From assembly GCA_964106645.2 (NCBI GenBank), contig OZ067050.1: a stretch of DNA of 64,000 nt. One strand, 5' to 3'. The notes beneath the pieces are model-generated. The model had not been told where the DNA came from, searched no databases, and saw nothing but the letters and a program-made list of their open reading frames with translations. Shown here piece after piece: positions 36,793-50,204 of this stretch (within the stretch, counting starts at the first letter, position 1; each line of letters begins with the position of its first letter). The translations under genes were made by a program, and so were the position numbers. The stretch comes from Podarcis pityusensis. Its lineage: Eukaryota.

Positions 36793-39430
36793 TTTTCCCC
36801 ACTGCAGCTTTTCGTAATCCAAGTGAGCTCTCCCCCCCACACACACACACACTTCCCAGCAATCAACGATCTCTGCGGAAGTGCCCTGGGGCTGATTCAC
36901 ACTGAACGCGGGCAGGTGCCCTTCTTGTACTGAGCAGTGCGAAGTTGCTAAAAACGGAGAAAACAGCTTTATTCAGATTCACGACATGCTATTAAGGCAT
37001 CATTAAAATGAGGAGCAGCTGTTAAACACCGAGATGCGATTGTTACATGTCATTAGGACTGAAGCAGATTAAAGGCTGTCGACTCAAATCTTTACGGGTG
37101 CAGAAGGAGTCAAACACACGCTTATCGTTTTGCAAACACATGTAGGTGCACTGATCAGCACACAGCTCTCTCATCATCTCCAGGATGTTTATCCAGAAGA
37201 AGGGAGGAGGGAGAAGCCTCTTCTCAATAACTAGATGTGTTTTGACTTGCTAGCCTTCATCAGCAGCGTAACTCGAGAGGTGTACACAAATCACAGCGGA
37301 GCAAATCATCTTATCTTGCAGGCTCGCAAATATCCGTTCGTTCCCTTGACAGAACAGCGCTTACGGCAAACCAGATGTCTTCTTCGCAAGCGCATATCGC
37401 AGTTCAACGTGCCACAGCCCACCTGGGCACTCGTGGCAAACGTTTTGAGCCACAGGCTCGCCACACTGCAATTTGGGCTTCAAGATGCATGCTGCCAGCT
37501 GATTTCACTGTGGTTGCCTGGGCAATGGCCCTCGGCCTGCAGCTGAGGGAGAGGAATGGGCCAGAGCAAAAGAGGCACTAGATTGCTGTGGCTTCTACTC
37601 ACCCTGCCGATGTTGCCACTTGTTCACCCTCCGGTAGAATAGGCCAATCTGTCAGTTTCTCACCGTTTCTCATTTTTACTATCTTAAGGACGGTTCTCCA
37701 CTTTCCCACATCATTTTGCAATATTTTTTTTCAAGGAAAATGTTTTAGTGCAAAGGAATCCAAATATATGCATCTTTGTTCCCAAACTGCTTTGAAAAGA
37801 AATAATGGGAAAATAGAATTGCACAGATTTTATATCTTTCAATGGCACTTGTAAAGTTACTCCCCTATACGGGTTGACAGTGGTGCAGGTAGAACTGGAC
37901 TTTGACCAGATCATCCCATTTCTCTCAGTTTCTCTTTTCTGGCAATCTTACATTCAGTTCTCTACATTTTTGACATCAGTTTGCATTTTTTTAAAAAAGA
38001 CCTCATGAAAATTCGTAAGCGTTGTAGTGCCAAATTATCATAATATAAGCATCTTTGTATGAATCCCCCCCCCAATATACACATTTGTGCAAAGCAATTT
38101 CCCCTAATATAATGCATTTGTGGTGGGGGGGGTGGTTTACTAATATATATGCATTTCTGTGCTCAACTATATGCAATTTACTTGGCTGGAGTGCCCCATC
38201 GCAAAATTCAGAGAAGTATGAATTTAAAAGGATGCCGTGTTTCAGTTTGCCATCTTTCTTTCCCTCAGTTGTACTTTCTGCCAAAGATCCTTGTGCAGCC
38301 CATTTTCACATTATCAAATGGGGGGGGGGGCTGATAAGAAAGTGCCATTTCTAGCTCTCAGATTCTGGCCCCCCAAAATGTGAACAAATATCTCAGTCGC
38401 ACAGATATCCGCAAACCCTTGAAAACCATTCGATTATTGTTCAACTAGGAGATGCCATCCAAACCACTAAGCAATGCGATCATTATTTATTGATGCACAA
38501 GAGAATACGTTTAGGGGAAAGGAGAAAAACTGCATTAAAGTGAAGGTTTTGCAAAATAACAATAGGGTTCGGTTCAATTCCAAGTGCATTGGGATCAGAG
38601 GGTGAACCAAAAAGAATAATGTTTACTGGGGGATTGAACGTTTTAAAAGCCAAAGAGATGCAAAAGAGGGAATTTGATTGCTTTGTTCTTTTATATGAAT
38701 GGTGTTCTCAAAGAAATGCTACTAAATCATTATTGGAACCCTGATGATCCATATGTGAATTGACTTGCCCTCTTCTTAATCACAGATTAAAGAGAAATTC
38801 TTGAGCTTGCTAGTGTGAATTTATAAATCCAATCATCTCCTGGGACTTGCAAAGACAGGCTATATAACAAATTAAGTTCTCAGATCAAAGTGGGGGGTTT
38901 TTTTATTAAAAAAAACAATAATCCGAGAAGCAATTAATAAATCAAGCAATTGGCAACTTTGAACCAAAGCGTGACAAGCTATCTGAGATCCGTTTTTCTA
39001 CTAGATTAAAACAGTATACAAAAGAATCCTCCCAAATTTAAGAGTTTAGTGCTTGTTTCGTTTATACATGTCGCTTCGCTTGGCGTCCTCTTTCAGTTGA
39101 GAGAGATTTTGCCTGGGGGCTTGAAATGTTGAACAGAACGCAATATAATAACCAAACTTAAAAGAGAAAGAGGAGGTGGAGAGAAAAAGCCGAAAAAGGG
39201 TTTGCTCATCACAATTTCAAAGATAAAAAGGAAAGCAAAACATGTTTTGGCTCCATTCCATCTGGGATTCTGGCATAATATAATAACCCAAGGATACACA
39301 TTTCTGCAGAGTTGGACCTGGTAACATTTTTTTTTAATTAGACAGAACAATTATCTAATTATGAAGGCATTGACTTGGCAAAAGGATGCGCTGTGCCAGG
39401 ACGGGGCGGAAACACACAGCTAACACAGCA

Positions 39431-39436
39431 TATAAG
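39431..39436 (+). promoter_or_regulatory. TATA box of keratin gene C
   Basis: TATAAG 95 bp upstream of the ATG at 39526, with a GGGGCGG GC box just upstream. Confidence 0.7.
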
Positions 39437-39525
39437 CCTTAAAAGCCCACCAACTCAACGCACTCTTTCTAATCCGCTTGCCTTGCTTGTTTGACGGGAC
39501 AGAACCTTCCTCTTGCTCAAGCACC

Positions 39526-42500
39526 ATGGCTCTCTCTGTCCACACTGGCTCTTCCCGACAGCTCTCCTCGTACAGTGTTGGCGGCGGGGGCGGCGGGGGG
39601 TCTGTCAGACTGTCTAGCGGCATAGGGTTTAGCGGTGGCTCCAAATTTGCCGGAGGTTACTCAGCAGGTGGTTACGGAGGAGGTGGTTACGGAGGAGGAA
39701 GCCTGAGTGGAGGGTATGGAATGGGCTTGGGTGCAGGTCTGGGTGGTGGGTACGGAGGGGGCTTGGGTGGCGGTTTCGGGGGCGGCCTTGGCGGCAGCGG
39801 CGGTGGCTTTTCGACCGGCTTTGTGAGCAGCATGGGCGGCATGGGCGGCGGCTTTGGGGGAGGGGATGGGGGTCTCCTGAGTGGGGATGAGAAGCAGACC
39901 ATGCAGAATCTCAACGACCGCCTGGCGAACTACCTGGGCAAAGTCCACGCTCTGGAGGAGGCCAACACAGAGCTGGAGCGCAAGATCAAGGAATGGTACG
40001 CAAAGTACAGCACTCCGGACACCAGCCGAGACTACAGCAAATATTTTAGCATCATCGAAGATCTTCGGAACCAAGTAAGTGATCGGGGCACTTATGCAAA
40101 GTTTGGTCCACTGAGAACAACTTTCTGTGTTCCATAACTAAGTTCGAATTTATTGCGCTTTGGAATACCTAACAGCCAGTTCGTAAATGTTTCAACAGCC
40201 CCTGAGTGTTCGGAATATAGGAAAATAGAAAGCTGCCTTATAATGATTTCATCCATTGACCTCAGCATTGTCTACACTGGCTGGCAGCAGCTTTCCAGGT
40301 TTTTAGCCAGAGAACATTCCCAGCAGCCCTACCTGGAGATGCAGGGAATTGAACCTGGGACTCTCTGCATGCAGAGCAGATTGCTCTACCCACTGAGCTA
40401 CGGCTCCTCCCCATTCAGTCTCAGAGGGAGCATAGTCTGCAATATTTCTCATAGTCTGCAATATTTCATTGGTGAATTTTCCCCCTTGGGCATCTGAACG
40501 TTACATGTGCTTTACTGGCAAGATCTTAATACCCTTCTCGGCAGAGCCTTGATCTCTGGATATGCGTCACTGTCCACACCCCTCCTATCACGTAATTAAA
40601 TTTGCAAAGAAATTAAGCGAGTAGTAACCGATTATCATGAAATTCATCAGCATCTTTGTGCGGATTTTGCCTAATATACACTTCCCTACAAAATGATTTC
40701 CCCTGATATAATGCATCTCTATGTGATTTTAATGAATGTGTGCATTTTTCATCATGCTTTTCCCTACTGTATGCATTTTCGTGCACATCACATGACTGGA
40801 GAACCGCACTGAAAAATTCAATTAAGTGCAAAGTTTGAAGGACGGCTGTGTTTCAGTTTGCATCCCGCCTTGGAAAGTGCAAATTTGGTGGATTTGCCTT
40901 TAAATGTGGACTCAGTCCAGTTTCTTCCCCCATCCCTAAAAAGGGGGGACATGGCAGAATGCATCAAATTACACATGATGAATTGGAAGTGGATAGGAAG
41001 ACTTCCCCCTCCACCATCATCACTTTTATAATACCAGGACCGGGAAGCTGAATGGTGAGGCATTCAGAAACAGAGAAAGAATTCCTTCGTACAACACACT
41101 GCTATCGCAATATGTGGCAAGTGTTGCCAACGGGGATGGTATTAAATAGGGGCTGGAGAAATTCATGGAGAAGAAGGCTATCAATGGCAAATATTCATGA
41201 AAGGTCTATGGTCATTTCCTGTACTCACAAAGGCTGTGTGCCTCTGTATGCTGGTATCTGGGGAATCAGTAGGGAGAGTGTTGTTGCTCTCATGTCCTGC
41301 TTTGGGGCTTCCAGAGGCAGCTGGATAGCCACTATAGGAACAGAAAGCTAAACTAGACGAGCCTTTGGTCTCATCCCACAGGATTATTGTTGCATCCTTC
41401 TGGTTGCCTTTTGTGACTCCTCTTCCTTCTCCTCCCAATCTTCCTTTCTAAAAATGGTTTCAAAAGAAATGTCCATGTCACTCCACTCTATGACCTTGGT
41501 GTAAAGTGTCCAAGAAGAGGAACTAGGGATGGTGGTGATGTTTGGTTGTTGTTTTTCCCTAAAAAGTACTGCAGCTATCTTTCCTGTGTGTTCCTTACAG
41601 ATTGTTAGACACACCATTGAGAACGCTGGGGTCGTTCTGCAAATCGACAATGCTCGGCTGGCTGCTGATGATTTCAAACTTAAGTAAGCATCAAATTCTG
41701 GGCAAGGGAAAGGAAGGAAACAGAAACACCAGCACCTCTGTTGTACACCTTGCTCCTGCCTCATTCCCAGCTTTTTGAAGGCCAGCAGGAAGCAAGCAAC
41801 CATAAATTGCCACAATTCTGAAATCTCATTCTTACGTTATCTTTGAAGGTATGAGAACGAATTGTTCCTGCACCAGAGTGTGGAGAGTGACATCAATGGC
41901 CTGAGGAGAGTCCTGGATGACTTGACCATGACTAGGTCCGACCTCGAGTTGCAGATTGAAGGCTTGAATGAGGAGCTTGCCTACCTCAAGAAGAATCATG
42001 AAGAGGTAGATAGAAACATGCCTCTTAAACTGCTGTGCCGCATGGCAGCAAGAAGGAGAGATGCACTTTTATCCTTGGATAGGGGTGTAAGAAGGCATCA
42101 TTCCCAATTCCACCTTGCATTTGTCGCACACAGCACTGTTTCCTTTCTGCTGCAGTTCATCTTCCACCCCAAACTACATTATTCATCTCCCGATCCACCA
42201 TGGCGTGATTATTAATGGACATAAATTGCATTGTCATTGTGTTATCCCACCATGTTCATTTCAATGCAAAGGAAAAACTATGCAAATTGGGCGTAATCAA
42301 TTCCATATGATAGATGGATTTCCAACAAGTAAGAGAACATTGGCCATTTACACTCCCAGTTCTGTTTTCATTGGAATTCTCTGACACCCCGACCCTGGAA
42401 GCAAATAGTTTTAGCCTCACCAAGTCATATGGGAGAAACAGGGCCGACAACGCATATCTCACTCAACCCAGGCATGATGTGTGGGGCAGATCAGTGGCGA

Positions 42501-45500
42501 AAGGAAAACAGAGAGACAGAGCAAGAAGCTGTTCATCTAAAGGGAAGAAGGATGCCTTCTTATTTTGAAATCTTGCTTTTAGAGAAACTGCACTGTATTA
42601 TTAGTGAAGATGGCAAAATAACATTAAAATAAACAAATGCATTGCTTCGAAGTGGTTAGAAATATATGCAGTGCTGACCGGATTTACCAAAGGGAGTTGG
42701 GGAAAGGCTCTCCTAATATTTTTATTTTTAAGACAAGGAAAATTCCAAAATCTCAGGTGCATCTGCCACCTAGCGGTCAAATGAGCTCACACTGAGACAG
42801 AGACAATTCAGAATGCATTAAAAGTGGTCTCAGACTGCTACCATATGGGAAAGTTTGTTTGCTTTCAGGGTATGGCTGCCATGCGTCCAGGTTTTCCCAG
42901 ACACATCTGGGAATTGGACTGTCAAAATGGTGTCTGGGTGGATTTTTGCCAAATTGGCAAAATATCCAGGAAAACCCGAACGTATGGCAACTAGGGTGAT
43001 TTTTTAAGAAAAATGCTTTAAAAATCCAAAAATTTTACATGTTCCCCCCAAAAGCTCAACTTTTGGGAATATGTCAACCCTACTTTCAGAGCCAGCCCTA
43101 CAGTTAGGCAGAGTGAGGCAACTTGTGGGGTGAATAGCAGCAGCGTCCCTACCCCTGTTGTTCCTCTGAGCCATTCACCTCTGTTAGATGGCAGAGCTGT
43201 GGATGCACATGACCTGTTCTGCTAAACTAGCCTGCTGCCTCCACTGTGGTGGAGGATACTATTCCGTCACCAGGGATTGTTGCCTTTTCATGGTCTGGCT
43301 CATGCTACATGCTGCTAAAAACCCACTGGGCTTCTCTTGCAGGAACTGATGAGCTTCCGAGGGGTAACCAGCGGAGACGTCAATGTCGAAATGGACGCCG
43401 CTCCCGGAATTGACCTGACCAAGCTACTGAACGAGATGAGATCCCAGTATGAGGAGCTCGCGGACAAGAACAGGAGAGAGGCAGAAGAGCAGTTCAACAA
43501 GCAGGCAAGGATGGTTCTGAACTCCGCCTAAAACCTTAGGCGATGGCCCGGTTATCGAGCCCACTTAATACTTCTTCTCCTTGGTCCTCCAGGTTGGAGC
43601 TCTGAGGCAGGAGATATCGGCCAATGTGGACCAGCTGAGCACGGGCAAGAGTGAAGTTACGGATCTGAGGCGCACGCTGCAAGGCCTGGAACTGGAACTG
43701 CAGGCTCAGCTTGCCATGGTAAGTGGATCACAGCAGCAGGAGGAGTTCTTTCAGAGGGTTTGTGCTACAGCTGTGTACATTAGGCTGCTTTCAAGATCTC
43801 TCCCGTGGTAAGGAGGTAAGTCATAGGATCATAGAGTTGGAAGGGACCCAAAGAGTCCATGGATGCACCTAGACTCCCCCCTCCTAGAACAGCAGTACAT
43901 TATAATGCTCAGTTTACTGGAGTCGCTTGATAGGCACAGAATAGATGCCCAAAGAATGATTTCAACTTGAACTGCAACAAAACTGAACTGCAAGCTTTCG
44001 CTTTCCGTTAGAAACGCAAGCAATCCTGCAAAAAGCGTCATCGTTTGCAGGAATTCGGAATCCCATCTAAGAGAAGAAGCAGTCGGACTCTTTTCCTCAT
44101 CCATCTATATGCTACTATTATCCAGACTCTCATTATCACTTTGCAAGGGGGTGGAGCCTATAAATTTTCATGGCATTCCAGCGAGTGACATTATCGCTCC
44201 TGCTGGGGGTGGGGGGAGTCCCAAAGCTGCATTCCCCCTGTTTTCCCCATCCACCGCACCTCTGAAAGATTGTGTTGTGTTCTTTAGAACCGGGCGTGCC
44301 AATTCCCATGTAGTGAGAGACGCCACCGTTTGGCACCGTAGCTTGTTTTGCAAGCCTTCCAGCAAATACTGGAATGGTATTTCAGCACTCCTGCTGAGCC
44401 GATCCATATATTGAGCCATCCCAAAGCAATAATGAGCCATCATCATGTCAACATGTGTAGGAGGAAAAGGAGAACGTTCGTCAGAGGAGTCACCTGGCTC
44501 AGAATGCGGCAGCACAGTTGCCAACAGCAGAAGAGTTTGAACCTGATATCCCGCATTTCACTCCCCTTAAGGAGTCTCAAAGCAGCTAACAATCTCCTTT
44601 CCCTTCCCTCCCCCACAACAAACACTGTGTGAGGTGAGTGAGGCTGAGAGACTTCAGAGAAGTGTGACTAGCCCAAGGTCACCCAGCAGCTGCATGTGGA
44701 GGAGTGGGGAAGCGAATCCAGTTCACCAGATTACGAGTCCACCACTCTTAACCACTACACCGCACTGGCTCTCAGCAGGGAGACCCTGTCTGCATAGTGA
44801 CGCCTCTGTTCAGAGGTCTGGACTGGTTGTCCATCTGCTACCTGGCCAAGTTCAAGGTTTTAGCCCTTAGCAGCATATATGCCCACTCAGTCGCTTCAAT
44901 CTGCAGAACTGACACGGTTACAGGTGCCACATATAATACCCATTCCACAGTGGTAAGAAATTGATCTTTTAGTGTGGAACTTTGGAACTCCCTGCCTATT
45001 GACGCCAGACAGGTGTCTTCTCTGTATTCTTTCTGTGACTATGCTTAGGCAAAGCTATCCAGACATGTAGAAGTTACATGTGTTTTATCTCTGTCTAGCT
45101 GTTGTTGGTTTCAAACAACTTTTAAAAGTTTTAAAATACTTGGGGGTTTTTTAGCTGTTTTCATCAAGAATTTCAATGTTTTATTTCATCTTTTTGTAAG
45201 CCACTTAGATGTTTTCTTGCCATTGCATTTGGGGTGCTTTGCGCAATGTCTGCAGAAAATGTAATCTAGATGCAAGAAGGGGGGCACATAATTTGGGTTA
45301 TGTCTGCAGTTTACTTAGAATTCCATCCTACACCCATTTATGTGAGAATAAGCCCCATTGAACCTAATGGGATCTACCTCTGAGCAAATGTGTCTGGGGT
45401 TGCTGTGTTAGTCTTATAAATCTGCTGGCCTGTGTTAAAAAGATACAGAAGCACAAAGCAAACAGTGTGGTGTAGTGGTTAAGAGCGGTAGACTTGTAAT

Positions 45501-48274
45501 CTGGTGAACTGGGTTTGCTTCCCCACTCCTCCACATGCAGCTGCTGGGTGACCTTGGGCTAGTCACACTTCTCTGATGTCTCTCAGCCCCCCTCACCTCA
45601 CAGAGTGTTTGTTGTGGGGGAGGAAGGGAAAGGAAAATGTTAGCCACTTTGAGACTCCTTAGGGTAGTGATAAAGAGAGATATCAAATCCAAACTCTTCT
45701 TCTTCTCTTGGCTTTTGAATCATTCCAAAGAAGCAGAGTTCTCACAGGGCTGTTTCAAGTGGAAGTCACTGCGTGAGTGGAAGGACTTCCGCTTGCACAA
45801 CAGAACTTCCCCTCCCTTTCCTCCCCATATTTTCACCCTGCACATCCTCCCATTCTGTTCTGGGGGTGTCCCCAACCCTCCAGAGCAGAGTTTGCAGGGG
45901 GGCAATGCAGGAGAAGAGATAGCAGAAATTCCACCACACAAACAGACGTCATTCCGCTTCCCCAATGACTTTGGTGGATATAACATTACGCTATTTATTG
46001 GATTCAACCCATGGGAGTGTTTAGAATAATCATTTTCTTTGCTGGAACTTCATCTCTGTTAATTCTGCTGCATTTTTATGCCCTTTTCTTTCTTCCTTCC
46101 TCTGCACCTTCGGAACAGAAACAATCCCTGGAAGGCACTTTGGCGGAAACAGAACGAAATTACTGCGACCAGCTTGCGCAATTACAGGGTCAGATTGCTG
46201 GCTTAGAGGAACAGCTTCTGCAGATTCGGGCTGAGATGGAGAACCAGAATGCAGAATACCAGCAGCTGTTAGGCATCAAGACACGCCTGGAGAAGGAGAT
46301 AGAGACCTACCGCCGCCTACTGGACGGAGAAGCGGGGTAAGCGTTAGACATGACAGATAGCCAGATCTGACTCAGAACCAATTATGAGGCCCTGTAGATC
46401 TGACCAAAGGACAGTAGCTTCACAATAGCAATTTGCATAATATGGATGCATTCACTTCTACTGTACTGAATGGGAAACCTGCCATTTGTTAAATTAGACC
46501 AGATTGCACTTGTATTTAGAAAGCTTGCAGAGCTGGAGGTGATTCTAAATATCTGCCTGTGCAAAATGCAGAGGAAGACCTACGTTGGTCAAAATTCGCA
46601 CACCGACTTTCCATATTTGGTAGAATCAATGTGCGGGGTTGGAATCTGGATCGCACCTACTGGCCCCACCCTTCAAGCTCCATGAGTTGAATGGGAGGGC
46701 TGGTCTGCACAGAACCCACATACACAGTGCATTGAAGACAGTGCCAACCCATTCCAATCCTCCCTCCACGTACTGATTCTCATCTGCTTAGGGCTATAAA
46801 AAGAAATGATCTCCATTACGCATCTGAGCTGATTATAGGAGCCAACTCCTAGGAGTCAAGGTCCCTTCACGGCCCCCCTAAAATATTCGAGGGGCCACCA
46901 AATTGATGGGTATTGCCATTCAAATGGTGTGTGCCCCCCACATATCATGATTGATTATGCAGGACGGGACTCTCCTGCCCCCCCCCCCCAATATTTTATT
47001 CAAGTTGGCACCCCTGGAGCTGATTATCATCACATTATATTATCTGACTGTAATAAATTGGTGGTCATGTTTACATTCTCTCTGAAAAATGATGCACAGT
47101 ATACCACTAAAAAAAACTTACATTTTTTTCCTTGACAGTGGTTTTGGGTCTTACGGATCTTCGAGCCACAGTAGTTCTATGAGTTACGGAGGCTCTGGCA
47201 AAGGTAATGACAGATATCTTTATATACATTAAAAATGCACAGCTGAAGGTCTGACTGCAAACTTCTCACCGATGCATAAAAGCACCCCCTCTTTCCCCGC
47301 CCGTTTCCCCCCTTGTGTCCCAAATTTCCTTGCCTGCCTCTTTCCCACATTTCAACAATACATCGCCTCTCTTAGTCCCCCAAACTATGCAAGGCTTTTC
47401 CAGTTCGCTCTTAGCAAAGCAGGTGAACTACAGCCCTTTCTTGTGGGTCCATCTTTTCTTCAACTCTGTGTCCACAGCCCAAGCCAATGTCACATGGGGG
47501 ACATCTATGGTCAGCAGTAACCATAGACCACAATGGCAAAACATGTGGCTGTCAGGGAGGGCCATGCAACCTGGGTGTAGCAGGAGGGAGGTGGCCACAG
47601 GCATAGCCCCACTTCCCTGTTGATGTGTGACAGTGTCCATCAGTTACCTAGTCTTGGAGCCTCCCTGCTGACGCCAATGTTGCTGCCGCTTACCTAGATG
47701 GGGTTCAGGCAGTGCAAAAGCTAGTTCAGGGCTGCATTGTTCCGATCTGGTGCTCCTACAGGTGTGTCCACGTGGCTTCAACCACACACCCCAACCCTGC
47801 TCCATCCCTCCATGTAAGCTGCAGTGACACCGGTGGCAGGAGGTCAACTTCCCCCCACCAAGAGCCTGCAAGGAGAAAGACAGTTGTGGAGAAGCAATTT
47901 GGGGAACAGAAAATGGGTGGGTAGGGAAGGTCGTCTTGCACCTCAAATTCACTCCCATCAACCCACATTCTAGGGAATTGGCAGCAACCCAGTTTTCCCA
48001 GTTGAGGATGCAAAGTCAGGCCCTATCTTGGGTGCTTGATGATTATCTGCTTGTATAAAAATAAGAGCGTGAAAAGCAATCATGCAAAGCACGTCAAGGA
48101 CCTGCTATGAAGCCTTGTTCAAACACTATGTTTTAATTTTGCTTTCTTTCTTTTTTAAAAAAAAATCCAGAGTCGACAAAAACAAGAATGGTTAAGACGA
48201 TTGTGGAAGAAATGGTTGATGGCAGAGTCGTTTCGTCCCAGGTCAAATCAGTCGAAGAGAAGCCAACTAAATAA
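39526..48274 (+). CDS. Type I keratin gene C (K12/K24-related; 8 exons, 487 aa; GC-AG intron 4)
   Basis: join(39526..40074,41601..41683,41849..42005,43343..43504,43593..43718,46119..46336,47139..47203,48171..48274) = 1464 nt. Kozak accATGG, glycine-loop head, [40 protein letters not shown], tail [31 protein letters not shown]. Confidence 0.95.
44529..44773 (-). mobile_element. Squam3-like SINE, gene C intron 5
   Basis: Family match to 791-1062. Confidence 0.85.
45463..45706 (+). mobile_element. Squam3-like SINE, gene C intron 5
   Basis: Family match; CTT tail. Confidence 0.85.
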
Positions 48275-48455
48275 CCATCAAGAATCCCTTTTTCCCATGT
48301 CATGGCAGAGCAGCAAGAAAGGAAGCCTTCAAGAGAAATCATTTCTTCTTTAGAAAAGCCTCTTTCTAGAAGTCCCTCACTTCTTTCCTCTCTTTTTTAA
48401 AACAAGTCATCAAAGCGCATTCTGAAATCTTGATTTCTTTTAGCTGTGGTAGTTC

Positions 48456-48461
48456 AATAAA
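48456..48461 (+). terminator. Polyadenylation signal, gene C
   Basis: AATAAA about 180 bp after the stop codon. Confidence 0.75.
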
Positions 48462-49133
48462 CCTTTTTTTACTGTTTGCATACCATACCTAGTTTCACGC
48501 GGTTCCAACATTCTCTTACTGAAGTCATGAAGGGCAGTAAGAAGCTCAGTGTTTTAATAGTGTGCATTAATTTTATCTACAAACAAGCACATGCAAGCAT
48601 AGAGATGATCTCTGCACAGCCACCATGAGAGAGGCAACCCTTCCTCCTTGCCCAAGCAATAGTTCTCTCTGATCACTATTAACACCAAACTAATCAACAT
48701 TAAGCAGGAGGCTAGCCCTTAAGTGCAGGGTTTTTCCTTTCTCTTGTAACACCAAAGGATCAAGATCACAGTGGAAGTTGCAAAGAATTAAAGTCCCCTT
48801 AACCCCATGACAGAGTCCCAATCTGGATTAAAGCCTCATGCCTAGTATTGGTAATAAGGAAAATATTACATTTAAGAGCAAACCATGTGATTGAAATAGT
48901 GTGTAGTTTGGCCCTGTGGTGTCAACAGATACTTACTAATTCCTTTAAATCCTTAGCTATGTTTGGTCCAAGACACAGGATCCATTGAGTATTTAAATTC
49001 AGGGAGAACTGAACAGGTGGCAGATATTTTGACAAGTAGCACACCCACAAGCCCATTTGTGCACTTGAGCATGTTCAGTACTGGTATGGAGTGGACAGGC
49101 CATTTTAGTAAAAGTAGAAGCAGACATCTAAAA

Positions 49134-49383
49134 CATGGGTAGGCAAACTAAGGCCCGGGGGCCGGATCTGGCCCAATCGCCTTCTAAATCCGGCCCGCGG
49201 ACGGTCCAGGAATCAGTGTGTTTTTACATGAGTAGCATGTGTGCTTTTATTAAAAATGCGTCTCTGGGTTATTTGTGGGGCATAGGAATTTGTTCATATT
49301 TTCCCCCCAAAATATAATCCGGCCCCCCACAAGGTCTGAGGGACAGTGGACCAGCCCCCTGCTAAAAAGTTTGCTGACCCCTG
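49134..49383. mobile_element. hAT (Charlie-like) MITE
   Basis: CA(T)GGGTAGGCAAACT...AGTTTGCTGACCCCTG termini; 8-bp TSD atctaaaa. Confidence 0.85.
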
Positions 49384-50204
49384 ATCTAAAACATCCTGTA
49401 ACACTGCATACTTAAATCACGAACACTTTCCAAGCCAAGCGGAAGCTTTGCAGAGTCTCTACAGCTGTTACTTGTGCACCATGTAATTGCTGCAAAGAGT
49501 GAACGGGAGAGCCGTCTCTGCAACGGGGGAGTCATGGAGACTAACACTTCACACTGCATGGTGTTCACAGTGACAAATGCCAGCATATGCATGGCAACCC
49601 CATCCACCATGACATAATTCCAATACAAAATACTATTGAGCAGCCAAGCCTGTAGTGCAAATTTCCATGTTACTCATTTCACCAAATGGCATTGACGTTG
49701 CTGCTTGGCTTAGTAGCATATGCAGCACATAGATGCCTCCACATCAATGGCTACTGGTCATGAGGGTGATGCTCTACGTACCTCTACAGTTGCTTCTGAA
49801 TGCCAGTTGCCACAGGAGAAGAGAGTGCTCTCGTGCTTGGGTCTTGCTTGTGGGTTTCCCACAGGCATCTGTAGGAAGAGAATGGTGGGCTAGATGGGCC
49901 TTTGCGCTGACCTAGCAGGCTCCTTTTACATTTACGTATCAATAAAGTGTCACTTAGCTATGTGGCACTCTGCAAAGACTAGAGACATGGAGATTGGAAT
50001 CTGAAACCGACCCAGGGAGACAACAGAAGAAGGGAAGGTAGGAAGAGAAAATGTGATCATTTCAATTTCGCATGCATTGGCTTAGTTATAATGAAGCATC
50101 TTCCTCAAAAGCAATCACCAAAGCAGCCGTTCTGTCATCTGTAAAAATCCTGGGCTTCCGGTAGCCACTGTTACAACACAGGTCACACCCAACTGTGGCC
50201 CTTT

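Noticed and set aside
25018-48274. Genes B and C have identical CDS length (1464 nt)
   Set aside because: Head and tail exon lengths differ and merely sum to the same value; probably coincidence
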